Below are positions 38,995-47,924 of a stretch of DNA of 64,000 nucleotides, piece after piece. Positions within the stretch are counted from its first letter, which is position 1. Every line of letters begins with the position of its first letter. The translations under genes and the position numbers were made by a program. The DNA is taken from contig JASJCI010000031.1 in assembly GCA_030066085.1 (NCBI GenBank), positions 39,626 to 103,625 of the forward strand. The letters are read 5' to 3'. This DNA is from Gammaproteobacteria bacterium. GTDB lineage: Bacteria; Pseudomonadota; Gammaproteobacteria; GCA-001735895. The notes below the pieces were generated by a model. The model worked only from the letters and a program-made list of their open reading frames with translations, was not told the origin of the DNA and ran no database searches.

Positions 38995-39999
38995 TCAGCG
39001 GGTTACCGCCTCGAGCCACTCGTCGATCCAGCCGCGGCGTTCGCGCGCAACCTGCTGATCGTCGAACAGCAGTGCCGGTGACGGGTCGATCAGGTCGCTG
39101 AATTCCGGCGGCAGTTCCGTCGCCGGCAGCGCGGCGGGGTACATCCAGTTGGTCGTCGGAATGATGCGCTGGAACTCGCTGCCGAGCATGAACTGCAGAA
39201 ACTCTCGCGCCAGCGGTTTTTGCTTGCTGCTCTTCAACATGCCGGCAACCTCGATCTGTTGGTAATGGCCCTCGCTGAAGCGCGCCGCGGCAAAGCGCCG
39301 ATCCTGTTCGGCGATCATGTGGTAGGCCGGTGACGTGGAGTAACTCAACACCATGTCGGCTTCACCATCGAGAAACAGGCCATAAGCTTCGCTCCAGCCC
39401 TTGCTGACCGTCACGATTCTCGGCGCGAGTTGCGCCCAGGCCGTGGCCGCATCATCGCCGAAAACATTCTTCATCCACAGCAGCAGGCCAAGGCCCGGGG
39501 TCGACGTGCGCGGATCCTGGATCAACAGGGTCGGCCCGTCCCCGGCTTCGACCAGCTGGCGCAGGCTCAGCGGCGGGTCGGGGAGCCTCTCGCGATTATA
39601 AACGAAAGCAAAATATCCATAGTCATAGGGCAGGAAGAGATCATCCTGCCAGGATTCCGGCAATGCCGACGAATTCATCCGCAGCCCGTGCTCCGCGAAC
39701 AGTCCGGTCGCGCGCGCTTCGGCGGTCAGGTTGGTGTCGATACCGAGCAGCACGTCGGCCTTGCTGGCGTCACCCTCGAGCCGCAGCCGATTGAGAATCG
39801 ATACGCCGTCCTCGAGACCCAGCAGCTGCAGGTCGCAGTTGCAGGATTTTTCGAACGCGGCCTCGACCTGCGGGCCTGGCCCCCACTCGCTGGTAAACGA
39901 GTCGTAGGTGTAGACGACGAGCGTCGGTTGCGCGGCCGAGACGACTCCGGCGAACAGGCAGGCCAGGGCGACGGCAAAAAAGCGCGTAAAACTGAACAT
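38995..39999 (-). CDS. thiB: thiamine/TPP-binding periplasmic protein
   Basis: 334 aa; signal peptide; TbpA-like (PTLVVYTYDSF..., W/Y-rich ligand pocket); directly downstream of the TPP riboswitch. Confidence 0.85.
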   Translation of the reverse strand: MFSFTRFFAVALACLFAGVVSAAQPTLVVYTYDSFTSEWGPGPQVEAAFEKSCNCDLQLLGLEDGVSILNRLRLEGDASKADVLLGIDTNLTAEARATGLFAEHGLRMNSSALPESWQDDLFLPYDYGYFAFVYNRERLPDPPLSLRQLVEAGDGPTLLIQDPRTSTPGLGLLLWMKNVFGDDAATAWAQLAPRIVTVSKGWSEAYGLFLDGEADMVLSYSTSPAYHMIAEQDRRFAAARFSEGHYQQIEVAGMLKSSKQKPLAREFLQFMLGSEFQRIIPTTNWMYPAALPATELPPEFSDLIDPSPALLFDDQQVARERRGWIDEWLEAVTR

Positions 40000-40057
40000 G
40001 AAGCGTCTCCATTCAGGTACAGATTCAAACGGAGAGATGGGGGAATACGCAGGATTC

Positions 40058-40142
40058 GCTCACATCCCTACGCCAGTATTAACTGGATCAGGTTCATCGG
40101 GTTGGCCATGGCCTCTCAGCTCGTGCGAGCACCCCGTAGAGG
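40058..40142 (-). promoter_or_regulatory. TPP (THI-box) riboswitch
   Basis: minus-strand sequence ACGGGGTGCTCGCACGAGCTGAGAGGCCATGGCCAACCCGATGAACCTGATCCAGTTAATACTGGCGTAGGGATG contains the invariant GGGGTGC, CTGAGA, ACCC..GAACCTGATC..GTTAATAC..GCGTAGGGA blocks; ends about 58 nt upstream of the thiB start. Confidence 0.85.
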
Positions 40143-40396
40143 AGCCACGAAATATATTATCTTCGCCAGCAATCCGCAACCGTGTTACGGCGCATCAGTC
40201 TCGCCGAGCCGCAAAAGCAGGTGCGGGTAAAGCGGTTATCCGGGCGGACCGGGAGCCAGGAGAAACCCGTTGAATCCGGGTCACATTTCAGCCTTGTGAG
40301 CGGAATCGGGCCGGTTTAATCGCCCCGATTTACAAACCTGGCTAACCCCGCTTATGGGAACCATGGTTGCCCGGGATCCCGATAACCCTGGCGAAA

Positions 40397-40864
40397 TCAA
40401 CGGTGGAAGACGTGGCCCTCGCAAAGTTCCTCGAACAGGCGATAGGGCGTCTCACGCATACCGAGCGCGGCATAGGCCTGCTGTGCCGTGACGTTGGTGC
40501 GCTCCACGTATAGCCGGAAACCACAAACCTCGGGTTCCTGTTCGGCGAGTTCCTTGATGCGCGCGTAAAGCTCGCGGTACAGCCCCTGGCGGCGGTACTC
40601 GGGGCGCACGTAGACGCTCTGGATCCACCAGAACATACCATTGCGCCAGTCGCTCCATTCGGTGGTGATCATCAGCGACGCCTGGATACCGTTATCGAGC
40701 TCGACCACGAGATAGAATCCCCAGGCAGGGTTGGCAATCATGGTATCGACGCCGGCACGAATAACCTCGGGTACAAGTTCGGTGCTCTCGGTTTCGCGCG
40801 CCATGCGAATGTTGAAGTCGGCGAGTTCGGCTGCGTCCTGCGCCAGCGCCTTGCGGATAATCAT
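40397..40864 (-). CDS. GNAT-family N-acetyltransferase
   Basis: 156 aa from ATG at 40864; acetyl-CoA-binding motif A (VRPEYRRQGLYRELYARI). Confidence 0.7.
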   Translation of the reverse strand: MIIRKALAQDAAELADFNIRMARETESTELVPEVIRAGVDTMIANPAWGFYLVVELDNGIQASLMITTEWSDWRNGMFWWIQSVYVRPEYRRQGLYRELYARIKELAEQEPEVCGFRLYVERTNVTAQQAYAALGMRETPYRLFEELCEGHVFHR

Positions 40865-40881
40865 CGTGGTTATGCCTCGTC

Positions 40882-41793
40882 TTACTTTGCCGCGCGCCTT
40901 TTTCGCCGCGCTTTTTTTGCCGCTGCTCGGTCGGCCTTGCGCTGCCGTGCCCGCTCCTGTTCGTCGGCAAATTCCGTCGGCGTTTCCAGGCACAGGCCAC
41001 CCAGCTCGCCTGCACGCAATTCGCTGATCAACAGGCGCGAAACCTTTTCGAAATCGACGCGCCCGCCCGCAACGATACTGCCGCGTTTGCGCGCGATGGC
41101 TTCGAGCAGTTCGATCTCGTCGTCCGGCAGTGGATCGATATCATAGCGCTGAATTAGTCTTGCGGGATAGCTTTCGAGCATAAACTCGGCGACGAAAGCA
41201 GCGACATCCTGCAGTTCGAGCGCGGTATCCCGAATGGCGCCGGTTGCCGCCAAACGATAGCCGCTGGCCTCGTTTTCGATATCGGGCCAAAGCATGCCCG
41301 GCGTGTCGATCAGGGTAAGTTCGGGCGATACCTCGATACGCTGCTGCATACGGGTCAGGGCGGCCTCGTTACCGGTTTTCGCGATCCTACGGCTCGCCAG
41401 GCGGTTGATCAGGGTGGACTTGCCAACGTTGGGAATTCCGGCAATCAGCGCATAAATCATGCTGGAACGGTTCGGCCGGCGCGGTACCAGCGCGCGGCAA
41501 AGATCCGGCAGTTCGGCGATACGGTTATCGTCCAGGCTGGTCACCAGCGTGCGGGTTTGCTCCCTGGATTCGAACAGGTCCAGCCAGGCCTGCAGCCTTT
41601 CCGAATCCGACAGGTCTCCCTTGTTCAGCAGCTTGATCGCGGGCTTGTCGCGACGCAGCTGCTGCAGCATCGGATTTTCGCTCGATCCCGGCAGGCGCGC
41701 ATCGAGCACCTCGATGACGAGGTCGACCTGCGGCAGGATCTTGCGGAATTCCTTGCTCGCCTTGTACATGTGGCCTGGGAACCACTGGATCAT
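40882..41793 (-). CDS. rbgA: ribosome biogenesis GTPase A (circularly permuted YlqF/RbgA)
   Basis: G4 (NKGDL) precedes G1 (GIPNVGKST) and G3 (DTPG); basic C-terminal tail. Confidence 0.8.
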   Translation of the reverse strand: MIQWFPGHMYKASKEFRKILPQVDLVIEVLDARLPGSSENPMLQQLRRDKPAIKLLNKGDLSDSERLQAWLDLFESREQTRTLVTSLDDNRIAELPDLCRALVPRRPNRSSMIYALIAGIPNVGKSTLINRLASRRIAKTGNEAALTRMQQRIEVSPELTLIDTPGMLWPDIENEASGYRLAATGAIRDTALELQDVAAFVAEFMLESYPARLIQRYDIDPLPDDEIELLEAIARKRGSIVAGGRVDFEKVSRLLISELRAGELGGLCLETPTEFADEQERARQRKADRAAAKKARRKRRAAK

Positions 41794-41952
41794 CTGCAGT
41801 TACCGAAAATACCGGACACACAACGGCCAACAGTCGCGATCGCCGGGGGATTGTTCGAATATTTGAATCCTATCTCAGTTTGGGTGCAAAAATCGCCTGC
41901 AGCGGCCGAATTTGAGCCTTTTCTGGTGAGGCAAAACGGTTAAACTAGCGCC

Positions 41953-42396
41953 ATGGCGGAAATCAGGCATCGCGTCGGAATTCGAGGTAGCGCCGCGGAC
42001 ATCTATTTCCTGCTGACCACGGATGCCGGCCTGTCGCGCTGGTGGACGCGCGATATCCGCGGCAGCGGCGAGGTCGGCTCCGTGATCCGGTTTCGCTTCG
42101 GCGGCGATGGGCCGGATTTCGAGGTGATCGAGTTGCTACCCGATCGCCTGGTCCGCTGGCGGCATCGCGGCCATATGCCACCCGCGTGGCAAGACACGGA
42201 AATCCTGTTCGAGCTCCAGCCCGAGGGCAAGCAGACCTTTGTCAACTTCAGCCACTACAACTGGCGCGAAGCGGGTGAATTTCTGGCACACTGCAGCACC
42301 AAGTGGGCGATATTCATGATGAGTATCAAGTCCTGCATCGAGACCGGCACGGGCCACCCCTTCCCGGACGACGTGCACATCGACCTGGACGAATAA
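41953..42396 (+). CDS. SRPBCC-superfamily (AHSA1/polyketide-cyclase-like) protein
   Basis: 147 aa; topology and conserved W/R positions of the Bet v1-like fold. Confidence 0.6.
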   Translation: MAEIRHRVGIRGSAADIYFLLTTDAGLSRWWTRDIRGSGEVGSVIRFRFGGDGPDFEVIELLPDRLVRWRHRGHMPPAWQDTEILFELQPEGKQTFVNFSHYNWREAGEFLAHCSTKWAIFMMSIKSCIETGTGHPFPDDVHIDLDE

Positions 42397-42398
42397 TC

Positions 42399-42635
42399 GT
42401 GGACGATTCCGAAAACATCATTGCCGAGCTCGAGTCCGAATTCGTCGAGTTGTACAAGATCCTCAAGTTCGAAGGCCTGTCCGAAAGCGGCGGTGAAGCC
42501 AAGCAGGCAATCGCGCAGGGTCGCGTGCAGGTCAACGGCGAAGTCGAAACGCGCAAGCGCAAGAAAATCCGGCCCGGCGACCAGATCGATTTTATCGATC
42601 ATCACATCGAGGTCATCGGCAAGGCCGACGACTAG
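42399..42635 (+). CDS. S4-domain ribosome-associated protein (YbcJ-like)
   Basis: 78 aa from GTG; ELYKILKFEGLSESGGEAKQAIAQGRVQVNGEVETRKRKKIRPGD is the YbcJ S4-like pattern. Confidence 0.6.
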   Translation: MDDSENIIAELESEFVELYKILKFEGLSESGGEAKQAIAQGRVQVNGEVETRKRKKIRPGDQIDFIDHHIEVIGKADD

Positions 42636-42746
42636 GCGCGCGCTGCCCGCGCATCCGGCGTGAAGACGGGTGACGGCACTGGCGTGCCCGGTTAAAATAC
42701 GCCGCTCCCGAAAACATGGCTCTGGATTTACGCTCCAGGAGGCTTT

Positions 42747-43733
42747 ATGTCAGAACCCGTCGTGATAGCGGCGCTGTACCGCTTCGTGCGCCTCGACGAT
42801 TACGTCGAGTTGCGTCAACCATTACTGCAAACCATGCTCGACCATGCGGTTCGCGGCACGCTGCTGCTCGCCGCCGAGGGTATCAACGGCACCGTGGCCG
42901 GAACACAAGCCGGTATCGATGCGTTGCTGGCACGCCTGCGCGCGGATCCAAGACTGGCCGACTTCGACTGCAAGTTGTCCTACGATCGCGAGCTGCCGTT
43001 CAATCGCTCGCGCGTCAAGCTCAAGCGCGAGATCGTCACCATGGGGGTGGCAGATCTCGATCCTTCGATGGCAGGAACTTACGTCGAACCGCGCGACTGG
43101 AATGCCTTGATCAGCGACCCGGACGTTACCCTGATCGATACCCGCAACGACTACGAGAGCGGCATCGGCAGTTTCAAGGGCGCGATCCACCCCGCGACCA
43201 CGTCGTTCCGTGAATTTCCGGACTACGCGCGCGAGCACCTCGATCCGGCGCGCCAGCGCAAGATCGCGATGTTCTGTACCGGCGGGATACGTTGCGAAAA
43301 ATCGACCGCTTATCTCCGGCAGCAGGGTTTCGACGAGGTCTATCATCTCAAGGGCGGCATCCTCAATTACCTCGCGCAGGTTCCCGAGGAAGAATCGCTG
43401 TGGCAGGGCGAGTGCTTCGTGTTCGATAATCGCGTCAGCGTCAATCACGCGCTGGAAAAAGGCAGCTACGATCAATGTCATGCCTGCCGGCGGCCGATCA
43501 CCGAGGCAGACAAGCGGGATTCCCGCTACCGCGCAGGGGTGAGCTGTCCTACCTGTTTCGCCGAGAAAGACGAGGCCGAGCGCGCGCGTTACCGCGAACG
43601 CGAAAAGCAGGTGCGCCTTGCGCGCGCGCGCGGCGAAACGCATATCGGCGGTGACGTGGCGGCAACCGCGGCGGTACGCAAGTCGGACAAGTACCGGGCA
43701 CGCCAGGCCCAGCGCGACAAGGCTGCCGGCTAG
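42747..43733 (+). CDS. trhO: rhodanese-domain tRNA U34 hydroxylase TrhO (YceA/UPF0176)
   Basis: 328 aa; N-terminal UPF0176 block (YRFV.LDDY..LRQPLL), central rhodanese with active-site Cys ([12 protein letters not shown]), C-terminal Cys cluster. Confidence 0.85.
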   Translation: MSEPVVIAALYRFVRLDDYVELRQPLLQTMLDHAVRGTLLLAAEGINGTVAGTQAGIDALLARLRADPRLADFDCKLSYDRELPFNRSRVKLKREIVTMGVADLDPSMAGTYVEPRDWNALISDPDVTLIDTRNDYESGIGSFKGAIHPATTSFREFPDYAREHLDPARQRKIAMFCTGGIRCEKSTAYLRQQGFDEVYHLKGGILNYLAQVPEEESLWQGECFVFDNRVSVNHALEKGSYDQCHACRRPITEADKRDSRYRAGVSCPTCFAEKDEAERARYREREKQVRLARARGETHIGGDVAATAAVRKSDKYRARQAQRDKAAG

Positions 43734-43948
43734 ACGCGCTCGAGTTTTTGCAGGCGGTTGGAGTCGTCGATCCGGACGCGGAATCGTCCCTGGATGCCGT
43801 TGCAATCGACAAAGGGACGGAAGTTGCCCGCCGGCAGGCGCAGGCTCAGGCCCGCATCGGTCTCGACCAGGATGTAGCGACCGTCGCCGCGGTATATCCG
43901 CTCGGTTTCGCTTGCAGAAAGTGCCAGGCTGAATTCGTAAGCCGTCAT
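43730..43948 (-). CDS. small hypothetical protein (72 aa), convergently overlapping trhO stop by 4 nt
   Basis: only the 3' 73 codons of a long antisense ORF are free of the Asp-racemase gene; no homology recognised; may be non-coding. Confidence 0.2.
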   Translation of the reverse strand: MTAYEFSLALSASETERIYRGDGRYILVETDAGLSLRLPAGNFRPFVDCNGIQGRFRVRIDDSNRLQKLERV

Positions 43949-43993
43949 CGCGATAACTGTTATAGTGCAGATCCGGGTCTTCGGGAACAGAAC

Positions 43994-44692
43994 ATGAAAA
44001 CCATCGGCCTGATCGGGGGCATGAGCTGGCAGAGCAGCGTGCTCTACTACCGCATGCTGAACGAGGGTATCGAGCGCCGTCTCGGTGGCCTGCATTCGGC
44101 GCAGATCCTGCTCTACAGCGTTGATTTCCAGCCGATCGAGTCCCTGCAGCACGCCGGCGACTGGGACGGCGCCGCCGAGGTGCTGGCGGATGCAGCGCGC
44201 CGCCTGCAGGCAGGGGGCGCGGATTTTTTCCTGATCGGTACCAACACCATGCACCAGGTCGCCGACGCGGCCGGCGCCGCGGTCGACATTCCGCTGCTGC
44301 ATATCGCCGATGCTACCGCGCGAGTACTGCAAAACGATGGCGTGAAGCGCATCGGGCTGCTTGGCACCGCGTTTACCATGGAACTTGATTTTTATCGCCA
44401 ACGGCTGATCGACCAGTTCGGAATCGATGTCGTCGTGCCCGAGCTGCACGACCGGCAGATCGTGCACGACATCATTTACCAGGAGCTGTGTGCCGGCAAG
44501 GTGGACGACGATTCGCGTGAAGTATACCTGGCGGTTATCGAGCGCATGGCCCGGGAGCAGATCGACGGTGTCATTCTGGGCTGTACCGAAATCGGCATGC
44601 TGGTGCAACCGCAACACACCGCGATGCGGCTGTACGACACCACCGCCATCCATGCCGAGGCAGCGGTGGAACTGGCGCTTGCCGACAGCTGA
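43994..44692 (+). CDS. aspartate/glutamate racemase-family protein
   Basis: 232 aa from ATG 43994; the two catalytic Cys/Thr boxes (GGMSWQSS; GCTEIGML). Confidence 0.8.
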   Translation: MKTIGLIGGMSWQSSVLYYRMLNEGIERRLGGLHSAQILLYSVDFQPIESLQHAGDWDGAAEVLADAARRLQAGGADFFLIGTNTMHQVADAAGAAVDIPLLHIADATARVLQNDGVKRIGLLGTAFTMELDFYRQRLIDQFGIDVVVPELHDRQIVHDIIYQELCAGKVDDDSREVYLAVIERMAREQIDGVILGCTEIGMLVQPQHTAMRLYDTTAIHAEAAVELALADS

Positions 44693-44734
44693 GCGGCACG
44701 GCGGGGAGACCGCACCGCGCTGACCGATCATCGT

Positions 44735-45127
44735 TCAAGTCCTCGAAGCGAATTTCCGCATGGCTATCGCCTGCAGTTCATCGAGCGACGGCGTAGCCAG
44801 TTCTATTGTCAGGTCGGAAACCGGGAAAGCGCTGCAAAACAACACGTAGCCGGACACGCGCTGCTCCTCATCGAGCGCATCGGGCGGACCCGCGGGATAG
44901 ACCACATTGCCACTGACAAGCCGACCGCGACAGGTTCCGCAGCGGCCACCACGACAGCTGTAGGGAAACAGCAGGTTAGCGCCATGTGCCGCATCGAGCA
45001 GCGACCGGTCCGGGGCGCATTCGAACACTTCGCCGCCGGGCAGCAGCGTAACTTGCCAGGGCCGGGCGCTTATGGTCAGGCCGAATAGCTGCGCTTGCTG
45101 TTGAGCCAGCGGACGATCGGATCCCAC
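44735..45127 (-). CDS. plant-type [2Fe-2S] ferredoxin domain protein
   Basis: CRGGRCGTCRG...C ligand pattern (CxxxxCxxC...C); GTG start gives a 16-aa extension overlapping the parA 3' end. Confidence 0.6.
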   Translation of the reverse strand: MGSDRPLAQQQAQLFGLTISARPWQVTLLPGGEVFECAPDRSLLDAAHGANLLFPYSCRGGRCGTCRGRLVSGNVVYPAGPPDALDEEQRVSGYVLFCSAFPVSDLTIELATPSLDELQAIAMRKFASRT

Positions 45128-45717
45128 TGCTCGATATCGCGGCGCACCGAGTAGGGTGCCAGCTCGAAAATCCCGAGGCCGCGCTCGGCCGCACGCACGT
45201 AGTTCTGGGTTTCGCGCAGTACGCTGATGAACGGCGCCTTGCGCACCTTGCGCAGAAAGGCGTCGAGCTCGTGGTAAATATTGTAGTTTTCGCGACAGCG
45301 GTTGGCGATCAGCGCAACGCGGGCTTCCTTGCGCGCTACCCGGTTATTGTCCAGCACTTTCTGGATAAACGGCGTGGCCGCGCGCATATCGATCGGCGAA
45401 GGCAACACCGGGATGATGATACTTTGCGCCTGCCGCAGAAGATTGGCGAGCTCGCGCCCGTGCACCGCCGCGGGGGTATCGAAAACCACGAAATCGGTAC
45501 TGCGCGGTACGCGCACACCGCCGCCCGAGCCATCGATGCCGTTGATCGTGCTGCGCCCTGCCGGTCGCGCATCGAGCCAGTCGAGGCTGGAGCCCTGGGG
45601 ATCGAGATCGACCAGTGTCACCCGTTTGCCCTGGGTTGCATAGTAGCTCGCGATATTGGTCGCAACGGTGCTCTTGCCGGAGCCGCCCTTGGCGTTGAGA
45701 ACCATGATCTTGCGCAT
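45076..45717 (-). CDS. orphan ParA/MinD-family P-loop ATPase
   Basis: 213 aa from ATG 45717; deviant Walker A KGGSGKST; no parB or parS partner in window. Confidence 0.8.
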   Translation of the reverse strand: MRKIMVLNAKGGSGKSTVATNIASYYATQGKRVTLVDLDPQGSSLDWLDARPAGRSTINGIDGSGGGVRVPRSTDFVVFDTPAAVHGRELANLLRQAQSIIIPVLPSPIDMRAATPFIQKVLDNNRVARKEARVALIANRCRENYNIYHELDAFLRKVRKAPFISVLRETQNYVRAAERGLGIFELAPYSVRRDIEQWDPIVRWLNSKRSYSA

Positions 45718-45788
45718 GCCTATTCTCCGTGCTTGCTTGCCCTGTTGGCGCCGATTATCGTCGAATTCGGCACGTCGTGCAAAAAGCC

Positions 45789-47255
45789 TCAGTCGAGACC
45801 CAGCTCGGACCAGAGTGCATCGACCCTCGCGCAAACGTCATCGCTCATGCGAATCGGTTCACCCCACTCGCGTTCCGTCTCTCCGCCAATCTTGTTGGTC
45901 GCATCGAGGCCCATCTTCGAGCCAAGGCCCGATACCGGGGACGCAAAATCGAGGTAATCGATCGGGGTGTTTTCGATCAGCGTGATATCGCGCGCGGGAT
46001 CCGTGCGCGTCGAGATTGCCCAGATTACGTCTTCCCAGCTGCGCGCGTCGATATCATCGTCGACCACGATGACGAACTTGGTGTACATGAACTGGCGCAG
46101 GAACGACCACACCCCCATCATGATCCGCTTGGCGTGACCGGGATACTGCTTGCGCATACTGACCACGGCAACCCGGTAAGAACAGCCTTCGGCCGGCAGG
46201 TAGAAGTCAACGATCTCGGGAAACTGTTTCTGCAGTAACGGTATGAAAACCTCGTTCAGGGCGAGGCCGAGGATGGCCGGTTCATCCGGCGGGCGCCCGG
46301 TATAGGTGCTGTGATAAATCGGATCGGGCCGCATGGTCATGGTTTCGATCGTGAACACCGGGAAACGCTCGACCTCGTTGTAATAGCCGGTGTGATCGCC
46401 GAACGGACCCTCATCGGCTTCGTCATTCGGATAGATGTAGCCTTCGAGTACGATTTCGGCACGCGCCGGAATGTCGAGATCGGACAACAGGGTTTTCGCG
46501 ACCTCGGTTTTACGCCCGCGCAGCAGGCCCGCGAAAGCGTATTCGGACAGCGCATCCGGCACCGGCGTCACCGCCCCGAGGATGGTCGCGGGGTCGCAGC
46601 CGAGGACAACGGCCAGCGGAAAGGGCTCGTCACCGCGTTGCTTGCGCCAGGCCTGGAAGTCGAGCGCACCCCCACGATGTGCCAGCCAGCGCATGATGAC
46701 CCGGTTACGCGCGATCACCTGCTGGCGATAAATACCGAGATTCTGGCGCCCGCCATCCGGTCCCCGGGTGGTGACCAGGCCCCAGGTGATCAGCGGTCCC
46801 GCGTCGCCGGGCCAGCAGGTCTGGATCGGCAAGCGGCCGAGATCGACCTCGTCACCGCTGAATCGAATTTGCTGGCACGGCGGTTTTTTCACCGTTTTCG
46901 GTGACATGTCGAGCACTTTCTTGTAGATCGGCAGCGTCTGCAGCGCTTCCTTGAATCCTTTCGGTGGCGCCGGTTCCTTCAGGAACGCGAGCAGGCGGCC
47001 TATTTCGCGCAATGCCGTGACCTGTTCCTCGCCCATCGCGCGGGCCACTCGACGTTCGGTACCGAAGAGGTTCGCCAGCAGGGGGACGCCGGTATCGCCG
47101 GCGTTCTCGAACAGCAACGCGGGGCCACCGGCGAGCAACACGCGATGTGATATCTCGGTCACTTCGAGGTCAGGGTCGACGCGCGCGGTGATACGCTTCA
47201 GATCACCGTCCTTCTCCAGCTGGTCGATGAAGTCTCGCAGGTCCCGGTATTCCAT
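45789..47255 (-). CDS. ubiD: 4-hydroxy-3-polyprenylbenzoate decarboxylase
   Basis: 488 aa, colinear with UbiD ([15 protein letters not shown]...). Confidence 0.9.
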   Translation of the reverse strand: MEYRDLRDFIDQLEKDGDLKRITARVDPDLEVTEISHRVLLAGGPALLFENAGDTGVPLLANLFGTERRVARAMGEEQVTALREIGRLLAFLKEPAPPKGFKEALQTLPIYKKVLDMSPKTVKKPPCQQIRFSGDEVDLGRLPIQTCWPGDAGPLITWGLVTTRGPDGGRQNLGIYRQQVIARNRVIMRWLAHRGGALDFQAWRKQRGDEPFPLAVVLGCDPATILGAVTPVPDALSEYAFAGLLRGRKTEVAKTLLSDLDIPARAEIVLEGYIYPNDEADEGPFGDHTGYYNEVERFPVFTIETMTMRPDPIYHSTYTGRPPDEPAILGLALNEVFIPLLQKQFPEIVDFYLPAEGCSYRVAVVSMRKQYPGHAKRIMMGVWSFLRQFMYTKFVIVVDDDIDARSWEDVIWAISTRTDPARDITLIENTPIDYLDFASPVSGLGSKMGLDATNKIGGETEREWGEPIRMSDDVCARVDALWSELGLD

Positions 47256-47921
47256 TTACCAGATCTTGATACCGTGGAACCTGGCCTTGATGCGGGATTC
47301 GACAATTTGCTTGCTGACGTAAAAGCTGACAGCGACGATGACGAGCAGAAACGGCACGATGACCGTCCAGAAACGCAGGAAAGTGTCCGTCAGCACTTCC
47401 AGCATGGGCATGCCATCGCTCTCCCGGCGTTCGAGCTCGAGCTGCTTCGCTTCGACCTCGGCCTCGAGTTCGAGTATCTTTTCATCGGCCTCGGTGCGGG
47501 CTTCCTCGAGTTCCTGCATCTGCTCCGCCAGAGCATTCATGTCCTGTTCGTACTGATCGATGACAACCTTGCTGTTGCCCAGTTTGTCTATCTCTGCCTG
47601 CAGTGCTTCCGTCTTGCGCTGTTCCTCGGCCAGCAGCAGATTTGAGGTCGGCTTACTGACCAGGAATCCTCGTTTGACCCAGCCGCGTTTGCCTTCGGGA
47701 GTCACCACCAGTGCATAATTGCCCTGCACCTGCTCGATTTCGAGCAAATCGCCCGATCGCAACAACTGTATCTGCCCGGTGCCGTTGGGATTGGCATATA
47801 GCGACAGGCGTAACTGGTCGGTGACGTACTGACGATCGCGGTCCTGGCTGGTTTCTTCCTGCGCGGCGGCGGACCACGCTTGCAGCATCAGAAGCAACGC
47901 AATTACAAGTTTTCTGCACAT
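47256..47921 (-). CDS. YgiM-like SH3b-domain protein with coiled coil and C-terminal TM anchor
   Basis: signal peptide, SH3b-like block (YVTDQLRLSLYANPNG...), long coiled coil, C-terminal TM helix. Confidence 0.6.
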   Translation of the reverse strand: MCRKLVIALLLMLQAWSAAAQEETSQDRDRQYVTDQLRLSLYANPNGTGQIQLLRSGDLLEIEQVQGNYALVVTPEGKRGWVKRGFLVSKPTSNLLLAEEQRKTEALQAEIDKLGNSKVVIDQYEQDMNALAEQMQELEEARTEADEKILELEAEVEAKQLELERRESDGMPMLEVLTDTFLRFWTVIVPFLLVIVAVSFYVSKQIVESRIKARFHGIKIW

Positions 47922-47924
47922 TAA

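Noticed and set aside
43949-44731. 5' part of the 333-aa minus ORF antisense to the Asp racemase
   Set aside because: The racemase reading frame has both catalytic boxes; the antisense frame has no features.
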